From Yuukianura sp. NJ FZ-2021 (lineage: Eukaryota), in contig CM102290.1 in assembly GCA_046563655.1 (NCBI GenBank), positions 14,632,001-14,696,000 of the forward strand: a DNA stretch of 64,000 nt, written 5' to 3'. Below, one piece after another: positions 38,657 through 49,229 of the stretch (the stretch's first letter is position 1; every line of letters starts with the position of its first letter). The position numbers and the translations under genes were made by a program. The notes under the pieces are model-generated. The model was not told the DNA's origin. It saw nothing but the letters and a program-made list of their open reading frames with translations, and made no database searches.

Positions 38657-41600
38657 TCCCTACGAGTTGTAGCGATCGCTAGTTGCTCTGCCGAAAACCA
38701 TGGAGGACGAAGACTCTCCTGCGAACGAGTCATCCCTGCTGAACTCCACTGATCAAGATCGCACTCTACCCAGTCAGATCCAGCCTCGCAGCAGACACTG
38801 GGCTCAGAGATGGGACAACGTCCTCTACTTCTTCCACCCGGCAGCCATTCAAGCCCCGTACCCATGTACGGAACTCAATTGCAAGTTCACCACCAACACC
38901 AGCGGTTCAACCATCACAGCCTGCATGGGAAACTTGAAGCGCCATCTACAGACCATCCACCAAATCAAATGCTCCACGGAAAAGGTCTGCAGATCCTGCT
39001 CAGTAATCGTCGGAAGAAGAATGGCCTACCACAGATGCCCCCTGGGCACAGTCCCATTTGAAATACCAGATGACTGGAACTCGGCAGCTGCCGCCCGCCA
39101 ACGCCGAGCCAACATCACCACTGGAGGAGACTGCCCAGACTGCGGCAGGACTTTCACCACCAAGAGTGGGCTCAGCACCCACCGAAGATACTGCAAAGGC
39201 CCCCTCAATCAAACCACTTCGGGGTCTGCGCAGGAATCTGATGCCAATGAAAGCTCCAACCCAATTGCCGGCACCTCCACCGCCTCAACCTCCACACCAC
39301 CCACCAGGCTCCAAGACTCGCCTCGTCCCTCGACTGAGGGCACCCCGACAGCCGAAAGTGACCAGCCAGATGCTGATACCGGCCCCACAACTCCTGCTAT
39401 TGCCGATATCAACACTACATCCCAACACTCCGAACCGGCTGTCGTCACACCAACGCCACCGCCTCAGTCAACCAACACACCAGCACAGGACACACGGGCC
39501 CCCACACCACCAACAAACCGTGAGGACCTCACCCCCGCTCAATTTGACGCTGCCCGCTACTTCTTCGCGGATTTCACCGAGCCAGCAGCTGAGATCGGGG
39601 GAGACCCCACTGATGATGAAGAAGTGCTCCAAGAAAGTCAGGAGGAGGAGATCCTCCTTATCAATGGACGACCACCAGAAGAGCCGGACCCAGACCCAGA
39701 TCCAGACCCAGATCCTGATCCGGACGAGGAGGAAGAAGAGGACCAACTACCCTTGCCAGACGATCTGGAATTCGACTACCCCCTGAAGCGGTTCCACGAC
39801 CAAGTCGTCGGCATCTACTCCATGCCGAAGCACGACGACACCTGGAAGCTATTCTGTGCTCTACTTGAAGAAATCACCGTCGCTACGCGTCGCCACCTCA
39901 AAATCAAGGATCCTGTGGCGGACGATGCAGAACGGCGTCCTGCGGAGCCCCTGGATCCCCAAAATGCCAAAAAGATCCAGCGGGCCTACGCACAGAATCG
40001 CCGAAAGGCAATCAGAACCATCACCGAGCCAGCTTCAGGGTTCTGCCAGATCCAAAAGCAAGACCTCTACAACCACTTCTCCGGACTCGCCAAGCCAGTG
40101 CCATGCGACACTTCCTGGTTCGCCCCCGGTCCCTCAAGACGCAAGTTAGATGTCCGACGCTTCACTCCACTGGAAGTAGAGAAGATCCTGCACAGGGCCG
40201 AAAACACCGCCCCTGGGCAGGACCGCATCACATATCGCAATTGGAAAGAAGCTGACCCCAAATGCTACGTCCTGTCAGCCATTTTCAATGTGTGCTCTCG
40301 CTTCCAAAAAGTCCCACCATCATGGAAGAAGTCGTCAACCATCCTCATCGACAAACACAAGGGGACACCGGACGACATCAACAACTGGCGCCCCATCGCA
40401 CTCAGCACCACAATTGCCAAACTATATTCGAAAGTCCTCGCCAATCGCCTTCTCAAGTGGCTAACCTCGAATGAAGTCCTGTCCCACTGTCAAAAAGGGT
40501 TCATGCCCTTCGACGGCGTCTTGGAGCACAATTACGTGCTCCAAGAAAGAATCAATCATCTGCGCCGCTCCGGACAAGGGGACCTCTACATTGCCTGGCT
40601 GGACTTCTCCAATGCATTCCCGTCGATTTCGCATGATGCCCTGTTCCGATCCCTCGAGCTGACCAACGTTGGCAAGGACTTCCTCGCCATTACCCAGGAC
40701 CTCTACAAAGAATCCACCACCAAAATCCGCACCATGGATGGATTCACGGAAGAGTTTACCGTCCTACGAGGGATCAAGCAGGGATGCCCACTCAGTGGCC
40801 TCCTCTTTAACATCGCAGTCGACCAGATCATCCGATTAGTCCAGACCAACGCCAACAACCACGAGATCCTAGCCTACGCCGACGACCTCACCCCCATCTC
40901 AACTAATCGGGAGGCCCATCAGCGGAAACTGGATCTCATCCACGAGAGAAGCGCGTCCATCAGCATGGACCTAAACCCCAGGAAATGCAAGACCCTCCAC
41001 CTAACGTCCAGGACCCCTCGAGGATGCCGGCCAACCGTTTTCCATATCGGACCAACTGCTCTCCCCCACCTACAAGATGGAGACGCCGAGAAGTTCCTTG
41101 GAAAACCGGTTGGCTTCCACATAGTACCGCCAGACTCAACAATCAACGAATTTACGAGAATGGCGGACGCAGTCCTCGACTCCAAACTTGCTCCCTGGCA
41201 GAAGATAGATGCCCTCAAGACCTTCGTCTTCTCCACGTTCGTCCATTCAATGAGGACTGGCCAACTCCAAAAAACAGCATGGGAATCCTTTGACCACCAT
41301 ATACGCCCGAAACTCCGCCAGCTGCTGTACCTCCCCAAGGAGAGTACACAAGACTACCTCTACGGTCCAACCAGCAAAGGCCTCATAGGATTCCCAAATG
41401 CCGCGGAGGAGAGCGACATCTTCCTCATCGACTCCGCTTTTAAGCTGCTGTCGTCCCCGGATCCCATCACACGGAACATCGCCATGGATGAACTGGCCAC
41501 CATTGTCAAGAAACGGATGATGGATCCAACAGACTACCATGAGCAAGGACAGGACGCCACAGTAGCCTTCCTAAACGGGTCAACGGAAGCCCCTCTCCAC

Positions 41601-43068
41601 AATAGACCAACGGACGTCAAATCTGTCTTCACCACTGCAAGAGCTGCCACCAGAAGACTAAAAGAGGTAGCGGCCTGGGACTTGGATGTCAGCTTTCCAG
41701 AAAATCCATCAGTCACCCTCAAGATCGGTACTAACCTCCTCGGATTGAAAGCTCGACACCAAGTTGCCAAAACCACCCGCACAGCACTCCAACACCGCAG
41801 ATTTGAACGTCTCCTCACACTACCAGCACAAGGAAGACCCTGGCCTCTCCTCTCAGAACACCGGTGCTCCCATCACTTCATCCGCTCTGGCAAATACACA
41901 AGATTCTCCGACTGGCGCTTCATCCACCGCGCCCGTCTTGGACTAGTGGCCCTAAACTACCCCAAGCCATGGTCCAACGACGACAAATCATGCCGGAAAT
42001 GCCAGGAGCCAAGGGAATCACTGCAACACGTCCTCAACAACTGTCCCAGCCATCTCCGACTCGTCAAACGAAGACACGACGACATAGTCAACCGACTAAA
42101 GATGGCTGCTACTCATCCCAAATCAAGATGGACAAGACTGTTCGAGGACCAGGTGATCCCAGGGACTTCCCTCCGGCCGGATCTGGTGATCTCCCGAGAC
42201 AACAGGGCCTTCATCGTAGACGTCACCATCCCGTTCGAGAGTTCCCGAGACGCATTCGAGACTGCCAAGCAGAAGAAGCTGGAGAAGTATGAGCCTGCCC
42301 GTCAGCTCTTACGGAAGAAATTCAGGGAAGTTACCGTTGTTCCTTTTATCCTTGGGTCCCTAGGATCTTGGGAAAAGGACAATGAATTTCTTCTAAAAAA
42401 CATCTGCTCTTCTGTTTATAGGAACACTTTCCGGAAACTGGCTGTCTCCAACGTTATCAAGTGGTCTCGGGACATCTACCACTCACACATCACTGGACGG
42501 GAGTGTCTGCCGGGACTTGACGACTTCTCGTTACGGGCCGAGGGTCAGAACGATGGCACGGCACTTCCCGTTCCAGCCTCGAGGGACGCGACCAGCAGGA
42601 GCCTCCGACGCCTGACCCTGCCGGAGCTACCCCAACCACACCCGGGAACCTCAGCAACACCACGGACGACACCCCCTCCCCCACCAAGAGCTGCTGCTTC
42701 CCCCCATGGAGCCTCCACCTCTACTCAATCGTCGCCCCCAATACTCGATCTCACCATCTACGACGACGAAGACTCCATCCCCCAACCAAATGTATACCTC
42801 CCCACTTTAGATTAATCCACTACTAGGATAAGAATAGGATACTTTTTCCGTTTTAAAACACTTAGGATACTTTTTTCCGGTTTAAACTCTTAGGTTATGA
42901 CATAGGTTACCTTTTTTCCGTTTTAAACTCTTAGGATATGACTAGGTTAATTACAAAACATTTTACTTTTTGACTTAGGTTAAGGCTAATTTTAATTCAC
43001 AACTCTCCACTCCAAAAAACCCACATATACTGTATCCCTAGCAAGTAATGAACATTGAATAAAAAAAA
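38657..43068 (+). mobile_element. U2-targeting RLE non-LTR retrotransposon (NeSL clade, Utopia-like), apparently full length and intact
   Basis: Single 1371-aa ORF, ~250-nt 3' UTR with short TAGGATACTTTTTCCG repeats, ending AATAAAAAAAA directly joined to U2 sequence TCTGTTCTTATCAG. If the duplicated U2 segment belongs to the element, its 5' boundary would be 38498. Confidence 0.92.
38700..42815 (+). CDS. Retrotransposon protein: three N-terminal zinc fingers, reverse transcriptase, CCHC knuckle, restriction-like endonuclease
   Basis: Zn fingers CTELNC..HLQTIH, CRSC..HRC, CPDCGRTF..HRRYC. RT motifs APGQD, WRPIAL, QKGF, LDFSNAF, GIKQGCPLSGLLFN, YADDL. CRKCQEPRESLQHVLNNC. RLE motifs RHD..RPDLV..IVDVTIPFE..KLEKY. 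No introns and no stops. Confidence 0.95.
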   Translation: MEDEDSPANESSLLNSTDQDRTLPSQIQPRSRHWAQRWDNVLYFFHPAAIQAPYPCTELNCKFTTNTSGSTITACMGNLKRHLQTIHQIKCSTEKVCRSCSVIVGRRMAYHRCPLGTVPFEIPDDWNSAAAARQRRANITTGGDCPDCGRTFTTKSGLSTHRRYCKGPLNQTTSGSAQESDANESSNPIAGTSTASTSTPPTRLQDSPRPSTEGTPTAESDQPDADTGPTTPAIADINTTSQHSEPAVVTPTPPPQSTNTPAQDTRAPTPPTNREDLTPAQFDAARYFFADFTEPAAEIGGDPTDDEEVLQESQEEEILLINGRPPEEPDPDPDPDPDPDPDEEEEEDQLPLPDDLEFDYPLKRFHDQVVGIYSMPKHDDTWKLFCALLEEITVATRRHLKIKDPVADDAERRPAEPLDPQNAKKIQRAYAQNRRKAIRTITEPASGFCQIQKQDLYNHFSGLAKPVPCDTSWFAPGPSRRKLDVRRFTPLEVEKILHRAENTAPGQDRITYRNWKEADPKCYVLSAIFNVCSRFQKVPPSWKKSSTILIDKHKGTPDDINNWRPIALSTTIAKLYSKVLANRLLKWLTSNEVLSHCQKGFMPFDGVLEHNYVLQERINHLRRSGQGDLYIAWLDFSNAFPSISHDALFRSLELTNVGKDFLAITQDLYKESTTKIRTMDGFTEEFTVLRGIKQGCPLSGLLFNIAVDQIIRLVQTNANNHEILAYADDLTPISTNREAHQRKLDLIHERSASISMDLNPRKCKTLHLTSRTPRGCRPTVFHIGPTALPHLQDGDAEKFLGKPVGFHIVPPDSTINEFTRMADAVLDSKLAPWQKIDALKTFVFSTFVHSMRTGQLQKTAWESFDHHIRPKLRQLLYLPKESTQDYLYGPTSKGLIGFPNAAEESDIFLIDSAFKLLSSPDPITRNIAMDELATIVKKRMMDPTDYHEQGQDATVAFLNGSTEAPLHNRPTDVKSVFTTARAATRRLKEVAAWDLDVSFPENPSVTLKIGTNLLGLKARHQVAKTTRTALQHRRFERLLTLPAQGRPWPLLSEHRCSHHFIRSGKYTRFSDWRFIHRARLGLVALNYPKPWSNDDKSCRKCQEPRESLQHVLNNCPSHLRLVKRRHDDIVNRLKMAATHPKSRWTRLFEDQVIPGTSLRPDLVISRDNRAFIVDVTIPFESSRDAFETAKQKKLEKYEPARQLLRKKFREVTVVPFILGSLGSWEKDNEFLLKNICSSVYRNTFRKLAVSNVIKWSRDIYHSHITGRECLPGLDDFSLRAEGQNDGTALPVPASRDATSRSLRRLTLPELPQPHPGTSATPRTTPPPPPRAAASPHGASTSTQSSPPILDLTIYDDEDSIPQPNVYLPTLD

Positions 43069-43218
43069 TCTGTTCTTATCAGCTTAATCTCTGGTATAGC
43101 TCACATTGTGGGCTTTAGATGATTAAACTGATTTTTGGAACTAGGAAGGGATGCAGGGCTTGCCCTCGCCCATCCACGGGTCGGCCTGGCATTGCAGTAC
43201 AGCCAGGATCGGCCCAAC
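43069..43218 (+). pseudogene. U2: 5'-truncated U2 snRNA (nt 40 to end), the downstream half of the insertion target
   Basis: Identical to 38498-38647. Lacks the first 39 nt including the branch-point recognition sequence. Confidence 0.93.
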
Positions 43219-43254
43219 ATTATAAAAACAAACAACAAATTGGAAACAAAAACA

Positions 43255-43790
43255 ATGAGCTAGAAAAAATAAGCGCCGCGTCAAAAAGAGCGAACGCAAA
43301 ACAGGCCACTCAATAAAAGCTAAAAAATAAGGGCTACAACAAAAAGAACTAATACAATGTGCTAAAACAAAAGGCCTAATTCAATAAGGCCTAGTTTTAA
43401 TAAGAGTTAAAAAAGATAAGGGCCACACCAAAAAGGCAAATACAATAAGGGCCACTCAAAAAGAGCCAATAATATAAGCCCCACACCAAAAAGAGCAAAT
43501 GCAATAAGGGTCACTCAAAACGAGCCAATAAAATAAGCACCACTCCAAAAAGAGCCAAATCCAATAAAGCCTAGTTTCAATAAAAGTTAAAAAAGATAAA
43601 GGCCACACCAAAAAGAGCCAATGTAATAAGGGCCAATCAATAAGAGCTTAAAAAAAGGCGCCACACCGAAAACAGCTAATACAGTAAGGCTTAGTTGCAA
43701 TAAGAGCTAAAAAATCAGCGCCACACCGAGCCAATCCAATAATGCCAGTTTCAATAAGGGCTAAAAATTTCTTTCGGCCAGTGGCAATTA
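43255..43790. repeat. Degenerate ~30-bp minisatellite array, right arm, reverse complement of 37714-38120
   Basis: Recurrent AATAAGGGCCACACCAAAAAGAGCCAAT and CTAGTTTCAATAAGAGCTAAAAAA, the reverse complements of the left-arm units. Confidence 0.85.
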
Positions 43791-44274
43791 AGCCACATCC
43801 ACCAACACTGGTACAAGCCCGATGATTTTGTACATCAATTTGGAATCGATTCTGTACGGAAATGTACAATCCGCAGACGAATTTATGCAAAAAATACGTT
43901 ATTTTTAAAGAATAATCGTTAATTTGAAACTACGTTTGGTGCCCAGCTCTGGAATGGTGAAATGGAGAATATAGTAATTTTCCATCTGTGTTCAGAATTC
44001 TCCGTCACCCTCATAAAAATTTATTATAAATTACGTTTACGTAGCTGAAAATTACATAAAGACGAGGAAGAAGTTGATAAATTAATTGAGACAATTAAAA
44101 CCACATTAAGGTCCTGAGCTGACTATACCCCAAGGTAAGGAATCACTCGAAGGATGTAATGATTTTGTATCTTCCAATTGCATTGAAAGTCTGACTGACA
44201 AATGGGATAAATTGCAATTTTACATGTTGAGTTGGTTTTATTATAGGATTTTGGCTGTTATCGTCAATGTGAGA

Positions 44275-46077
44275 ATGGATAACAATTCTTCACGTCCATT
44301 ACCATCGTTTGAAGCTATCCTCAAATATCCAGAACGTCTGAACCTTCTATATTCGCCGTTTCGCACGAGGGCACTTAATCCAGAACACTATGAACAGAAA
44401 CTCAAGTTCTGGGTACAGTCAATTGAAGAATATGTGGTTGACAGTGGAAGGGCTTCATTTAGTATCTTAGATGTTCAAGCAGCTTTCAAAACGACAGAAG
44501 GGAAGCGACCAATATGTTTAGTTGAAGTTGTAAATCATATGCTGAGGTAACAGAACAAAGGTCATGGGTCACCCACCAATATTTCCAAAGTACCACTATT
44601 TAACTTTTTTTTCTCATTGCAGAGAGAAGATGATTATGCCTCTAGATGAGTGGAATAGTAACTTGAATCCTAGCAGTACATGGCTATCGTGGTCCATTAG
44701 TTCTGTCAAATGGATGTTCACAAAGGCCCTCAGTTATTCTCCAGTAGCTGTTACCTATACTAAAAGAGACGTTGATCCCGAGACACAGTTTGTTCATTTG
44801 AGTCAGGTCCAGGTAATAGTCTTACCGTAACACTAGATCAAGTCTCGGTACAACCCGAATGTCGTTGCCATCAGCTGATTAATTGATTTTTCCCTTTTTT
44901 ACGAACAGTCACATGCCGACCGGATTTATGGCATGCCTTCCCTGCAGAACAAAGTATTGGGCCTGAATGAGTGGAAGCAAGAAGTGTCCAGTAGTTTGAA
45001 AATTAAGGACATCGATATGGCCATGGCCCAACTCAAAGCCGAGGGCCGAATACGTGAAGATCGTATCGGTCACGTCCAAGTAGTGAAGATGCCTTATCCG
45101 AAACAGTTGAAACCAGAAATCACTGCAGCAGAAAAGAGTCACTACGACATTGCTCGAACTATTCAAGTACTGGATGCCGAATTGACTCAACTCGTGACCA
45201 AACAGGAACAATATGAAAATCAAGCTCGCTTAGCCCTCAAAGAAGGAAAACGAACAACGGTAAGAGACAACTTAGAAACTTTATATCCAAGTAATTCAAT
45301 TCGATTAATTTGTTAATCATCAATCGTCAATTGTTAACTTACAGGCTAAACATCACCTACGTCTCAAGAAACTTGCTGAAAAAAGAGCATCGAAACTCCA
45401 CGAAGTTCTGGATAACCTGTACTCCATTTCCACTCAAATTGAAGACTCTGCTTCCGATGCTTTGGTAATTACAATTACCTGTAATTAGTATGTAATTACA
45501 ACGAATTACTTGCTAAAAATCTGAATTTTTTTCTAGGTTGTTTCTGCGTACGAAGCAGGTAAAAAGGCTCTGGCGAAGCAGCTCAAGGACAATAATCTCA
45601 ACACAAACCGTGTGACTGAAGCCATGCTGGACTTACAAGAGGTAACATAAACGTTCTTGATCTCTTCATGTTTGACCTTGACCTCTCACAAGGTCAAAGG
45701 TCACATGACTAATCTTTTGTGTTACTGCGCAGGTTCTGGAAGACTATAACGACGTGACTACAAGTCTGAGTCAGCCGGTGATGGCCGACGACGTTTCAGA
45801 GATTGAGGAAGAATTGGCCATGCTCATGGAACAAGACCAACCAAAACCAGCCGTCGAACAGCCAACGCGTGTCACCGTCCCAGATCCATTTGAAGCCGCC
45901 CTTCGTCAGTTGGATGACATTGATATGGAAGGTAAGTACTACATTCAACTCAGGCAAGAATTAAGTTAATTAAGTAGGTCAATTAATTAGTAATTAATTA
46001 GTTGATTTTGATTTTCAGAGCTTCATCCCCTACCAGTAAGGAAACCTGTTCGTGAAGCTGATAGTTCTCGAAAGTGA
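44275..46077 (+). CDS. CHMP7: Charged multivesicular body protein 7 (ESCRT-II/III hybrid; N-terminal winged-helix region + Snf7 domain), spliced
   Basis: N-terminal ERLNLLYSPFRTRALNPEHYEQKLKFW, SSTWLSWSISSVKWMF hairpin region, Snf7-like ARLALKEGKRTTAKHHLRLKK..VVSAYEAGKKALAKQLK, DVSEIEEELAML. Stop TGA at 46075-46077. Confidence 0.85.
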
Positions 46078-46475
46078 AAACAAATCGCAGCAGCCAAAAT
46101 GAAATTTTATCCAATGCGCACACTCAAGTCAACTAAACTCTTCTAAAAATCATCTTTCAATTATCTAATTAAGCATGAAGGATTCAATTGAAACTTGATT
46201 AATTACTTATGAACTAATCTAAGCTCGAGTCTTACACTTCCAGAAACATAAATGTTTGCACATTCGTAAAAAACTTAAAAATCTCTGATACAAAATCCAG
46301 CATCGATGAATTACAAACTTTTTATGAAGCCAAAGTCTGCAACTCAAATTTGTGATTTTTCAAAATCTCAAAAATTCCAAACTAGGATACCTACTGATTA
46401 AAAACTTTTTTTAAACATAATTTTTTAAAAAACAACATTTCGTTTTTCTTTTTTTGAAAGAAAAATTGCTGTGTC

Positions 46476-46631
46476 CACAAATAGTCTGTTATGGAATGGC
46501 TCTTGATTTTTACTCTTGATTGTATTTAAAGGCAACATCTAAAATTATGTAAACTAAGTTCTTACATACGCTAACTACACTAACCGTAAAACGCCATTAT
46601 ATCTCCAAAAAAAAATATCTCGAAATCTCGA
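46476..46631. repeat. Dispersed ~160-bp direct repeat, copy 1 (copy 2 at ~49099-49261)
   Basis: AAATAGTCTGT(T/G)ATGGAATGGCTCTTGATTTTTACTCTTGATTG...AAATTATGTAAACT...AAACGCCATTATATCTCCAAAAA shared by both copies. Confidence 0.8.
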
Positions 46632-47498
46632 GCCGGAAGAACAGGACCAATTCAGGTGGGTTCACACGGGGAGCCGGGTGGTTTTGTTTCGTTCACACCA
46701 GATTTTAGGGAAAAGCATGAAGGTGTATATTTTTTCCATGGATCGATTTCGATCCAGACGTAAAGTTGAACTCACTCAGTGAACTTTTGGTCTGGATTTC
46801 TCCTATCTCCCCTCAGAAACCTTAAATTATTGTATTTTTTCAGATGTGGAGGCAGAATGCCTAAGGGGACGCTTTATGCCTCTGGATACCTGTTATTTTG
46901 AAGTGATCGAATGAAGGGTGATCAAGTTTATTTAAAGATTAACTCTTACCAAATCGACTTTGTCTAGAGGACTTTAGAAGCTGTCTGAACAGCGGACAAT
47001 TTTTGTTGTTGTTTTTTTAGTTTAGTACTTCTGACGATTAGGGTTTAGGTCACAAAGAATTTTAGTTGTATTTTGTTAGTTAAAGGTGCACTTTGGAGGG
47101 TTACTCATGTTAGTATAAGCTATATTTTATTAATATTCGACGTTAAATAATTGGTATAATTATGAATTACTTCAGGCCGAAATGCGTGATATATAAATTA
47201 GAATTATACATTTTAAATGTTCTGCTACCGATTTTTTTTCTGTTTTTGTGTTTTCTAGTTTACTTTTGAAATTCTCAGGTCTTGCAATTAGTTTAGTTCT
47301 AACTTGAACCATATCAGTTCATTGGCCAGCGTCTTTTTTTGTATTTTTAACAATTTCTAAGCAGACAGATTTAGATACTGCCGGGGGCAAGGTTAACCGA
47401 CAATGCTAAAGAAAAACAAGGGAATACCTTCAAATGTTCAATTCGTGTGCAAAGTTTGTAATAACATCGGATTTTTTAAAAATAGAACACACCATCAT

Positions 47499-48800
47499 AG
47501 AACCCACCACCAAAATTCGCACCATGGATGGATTCACAGAAGAGTTCACGATACTCCGAGGGATCAAACAGGGGTGCCCACTCAGTGGCCTCCTCTTCAA
47601 CATCGCCATCGACCAAATCATCAGACTAGTACAGACCACCACAACCAAACACGAGATCCTAGCCTAGCCTAGACGACCTCAACCCCATCTCAACCAATCG
47701 GGAGGATCATCAGCGGAAGCTAGAGCTCGTCCACGAGAACAGTGCCTTAATCAGCATGGACTTGAACCCCAGGAAATGCAAGACCCTCCACCTAACGTCT
47801 AGGACCCCTCGAGGATGCCGGCCAACCGTTTTCCATATCGGACTAACTGCTCTCCCCCACCTACTAGATGGAGACGCCGAGAAGTTCCTCGGAAAACCGG
47901 TTGGCATCCACATAGTCCCGACAGACTCGACAATCAACGAATTCACGAGAATGGCCGACGCCAAGGTTACTATAGCAACGCTTCTTTAAAGAGGTTAGGC
48001 AATAACTCGATGTTTGAAAAAATCGCATAAAAAACAAAAAATGGAACCAATTTGGAACCAATTTTGTTTGCGAGTTCGAAAAACCAGTTTCACTTAACAG
48101 ACGAGTGCATGGGAAGCCATGGAATTTTCCCTTTTTTAAATTCAAATTGCCATAACGACGACGAATGAACTTGGGTGAATTCAGTTTCAAAAATTTTGCT
48201 TAAAAACTTCAGAGCTCGAGCTATTGCCAAACCTCTTAAAGACCCACCTTGGCCAACGCAGTCCTCGAGTCCAAACTTGCACCCTGGCAGAAAATAGATG
48301 CCCTCAAGACCTTCGTCTTCTCGACATTCGCACACTCCATGAGAACCGGCCAACTTCCAAAAACAGCGTGGGAATCCTTCGACCACCACATACGTCCCCA
48401 ACTCCGCCAGCTCCTGGACCTCCCCAAGGAGAGTACTCAGGACTACCTGTATTAGTAGGTACTACCAATAGGATTCCCCAACGCCGCAGAAGAAAGTGAC
48501 ATCTTCCTGATCGACTCCGCCTTCAAGCTACTGTCGTCTCCGGATCCCATCATTCGAAACATTGCCATGGATGAGCTAGCTGCCATAGTCAAGAAACGGA
48601 TGATGGATCCCCAGGAATACCCCCAACAGGGACAAGACGCGATAGTAGCTTTCCTCAACGGGTCGACGGAAGCTCCACTACACAACAAGCCAACCGACGT
48701 CAAATCCGTATTTACTTCTGCTAGAGCTGCCACCCGCCGACTCAAAGAAGTAGCAGCTTGGGACTTGGATGTCAGCTTTCCGGAAAATCCCTCAGTCCCC
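47499..48800 (+). pseudogene. Decayed internal RT fragment of a related Utopia-like element, split by a MITE
   Basis: Colinear with ~40709-41715 of the intact element (TTKIRTMDGFTEEF, GIKQGCPLSGLLFN, MDLNPRKCKTLHL, SKLAPWQKIDALKTF, WDLDVSFPENPSV), with stops and frameshifts. Confidence 0.92.
47962..48251. mobile_element. MITE family A copy 2, inserted in the decayed retrotransposon
   Basis: TSD GCCGACGC (47954-47961) / GCCAACGC (48252-48259), termini CAAGGT/ACCTTG. The homologous site in the intact element (ATGGCGGACGCAGTC, ~41160) is uninterrupted. Confidence 0.9.
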
Positions 48801-49229
48801 CGGTGGAATCAGACGTTTATAAAGAGTTTCAATTTCATTTTGAACAATATTTTCAATGTTGCGAATCTCAACAAAAATTTGTCAAGAGAATTAATGTTAG
48901 ATGTAAATATAACGGTTGAGTAATTTAGACTTTAATTCAAGCAACTCGCTCTCCATTGTGATCTTAAAAACTTAGAAAAATTGTAATACTTGATTGATTA
49001 TGGTTCCATGAACGGAAGTCCCAAGCAATCAATAAAACTCCTTACCTTGATTAAAACTTTTGTAAACATTTTTCAAAAACTACATTTAGATTTTTTTTCA
49101 CAGAAATAGTCTGTGATGGAATGGCTCTTGATTTTTACTCTTGATTGGATTCAAAGCCAGTATCTCTGAAATTATGTAAACTTAGTTCTTGTATGTATAT
49201 CTTCACTACAGTAACCACGAAACGCCATT

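Noticed and set aside
38530..38865. ORFs 38530-38865 (-), 38564-38752 (+) and 43119-43316 (+) overlapping U2
   Set aside because: Incidental frames across an RNA gene and the GC-rich element start.
38810..42687. Alternative-frame and antisense ORFs inside the retrotransposon (e.g. 39058-39786, 242 aa)
   Set aside because: Expected shadows of a C-rich long ORF; no independent motifs.
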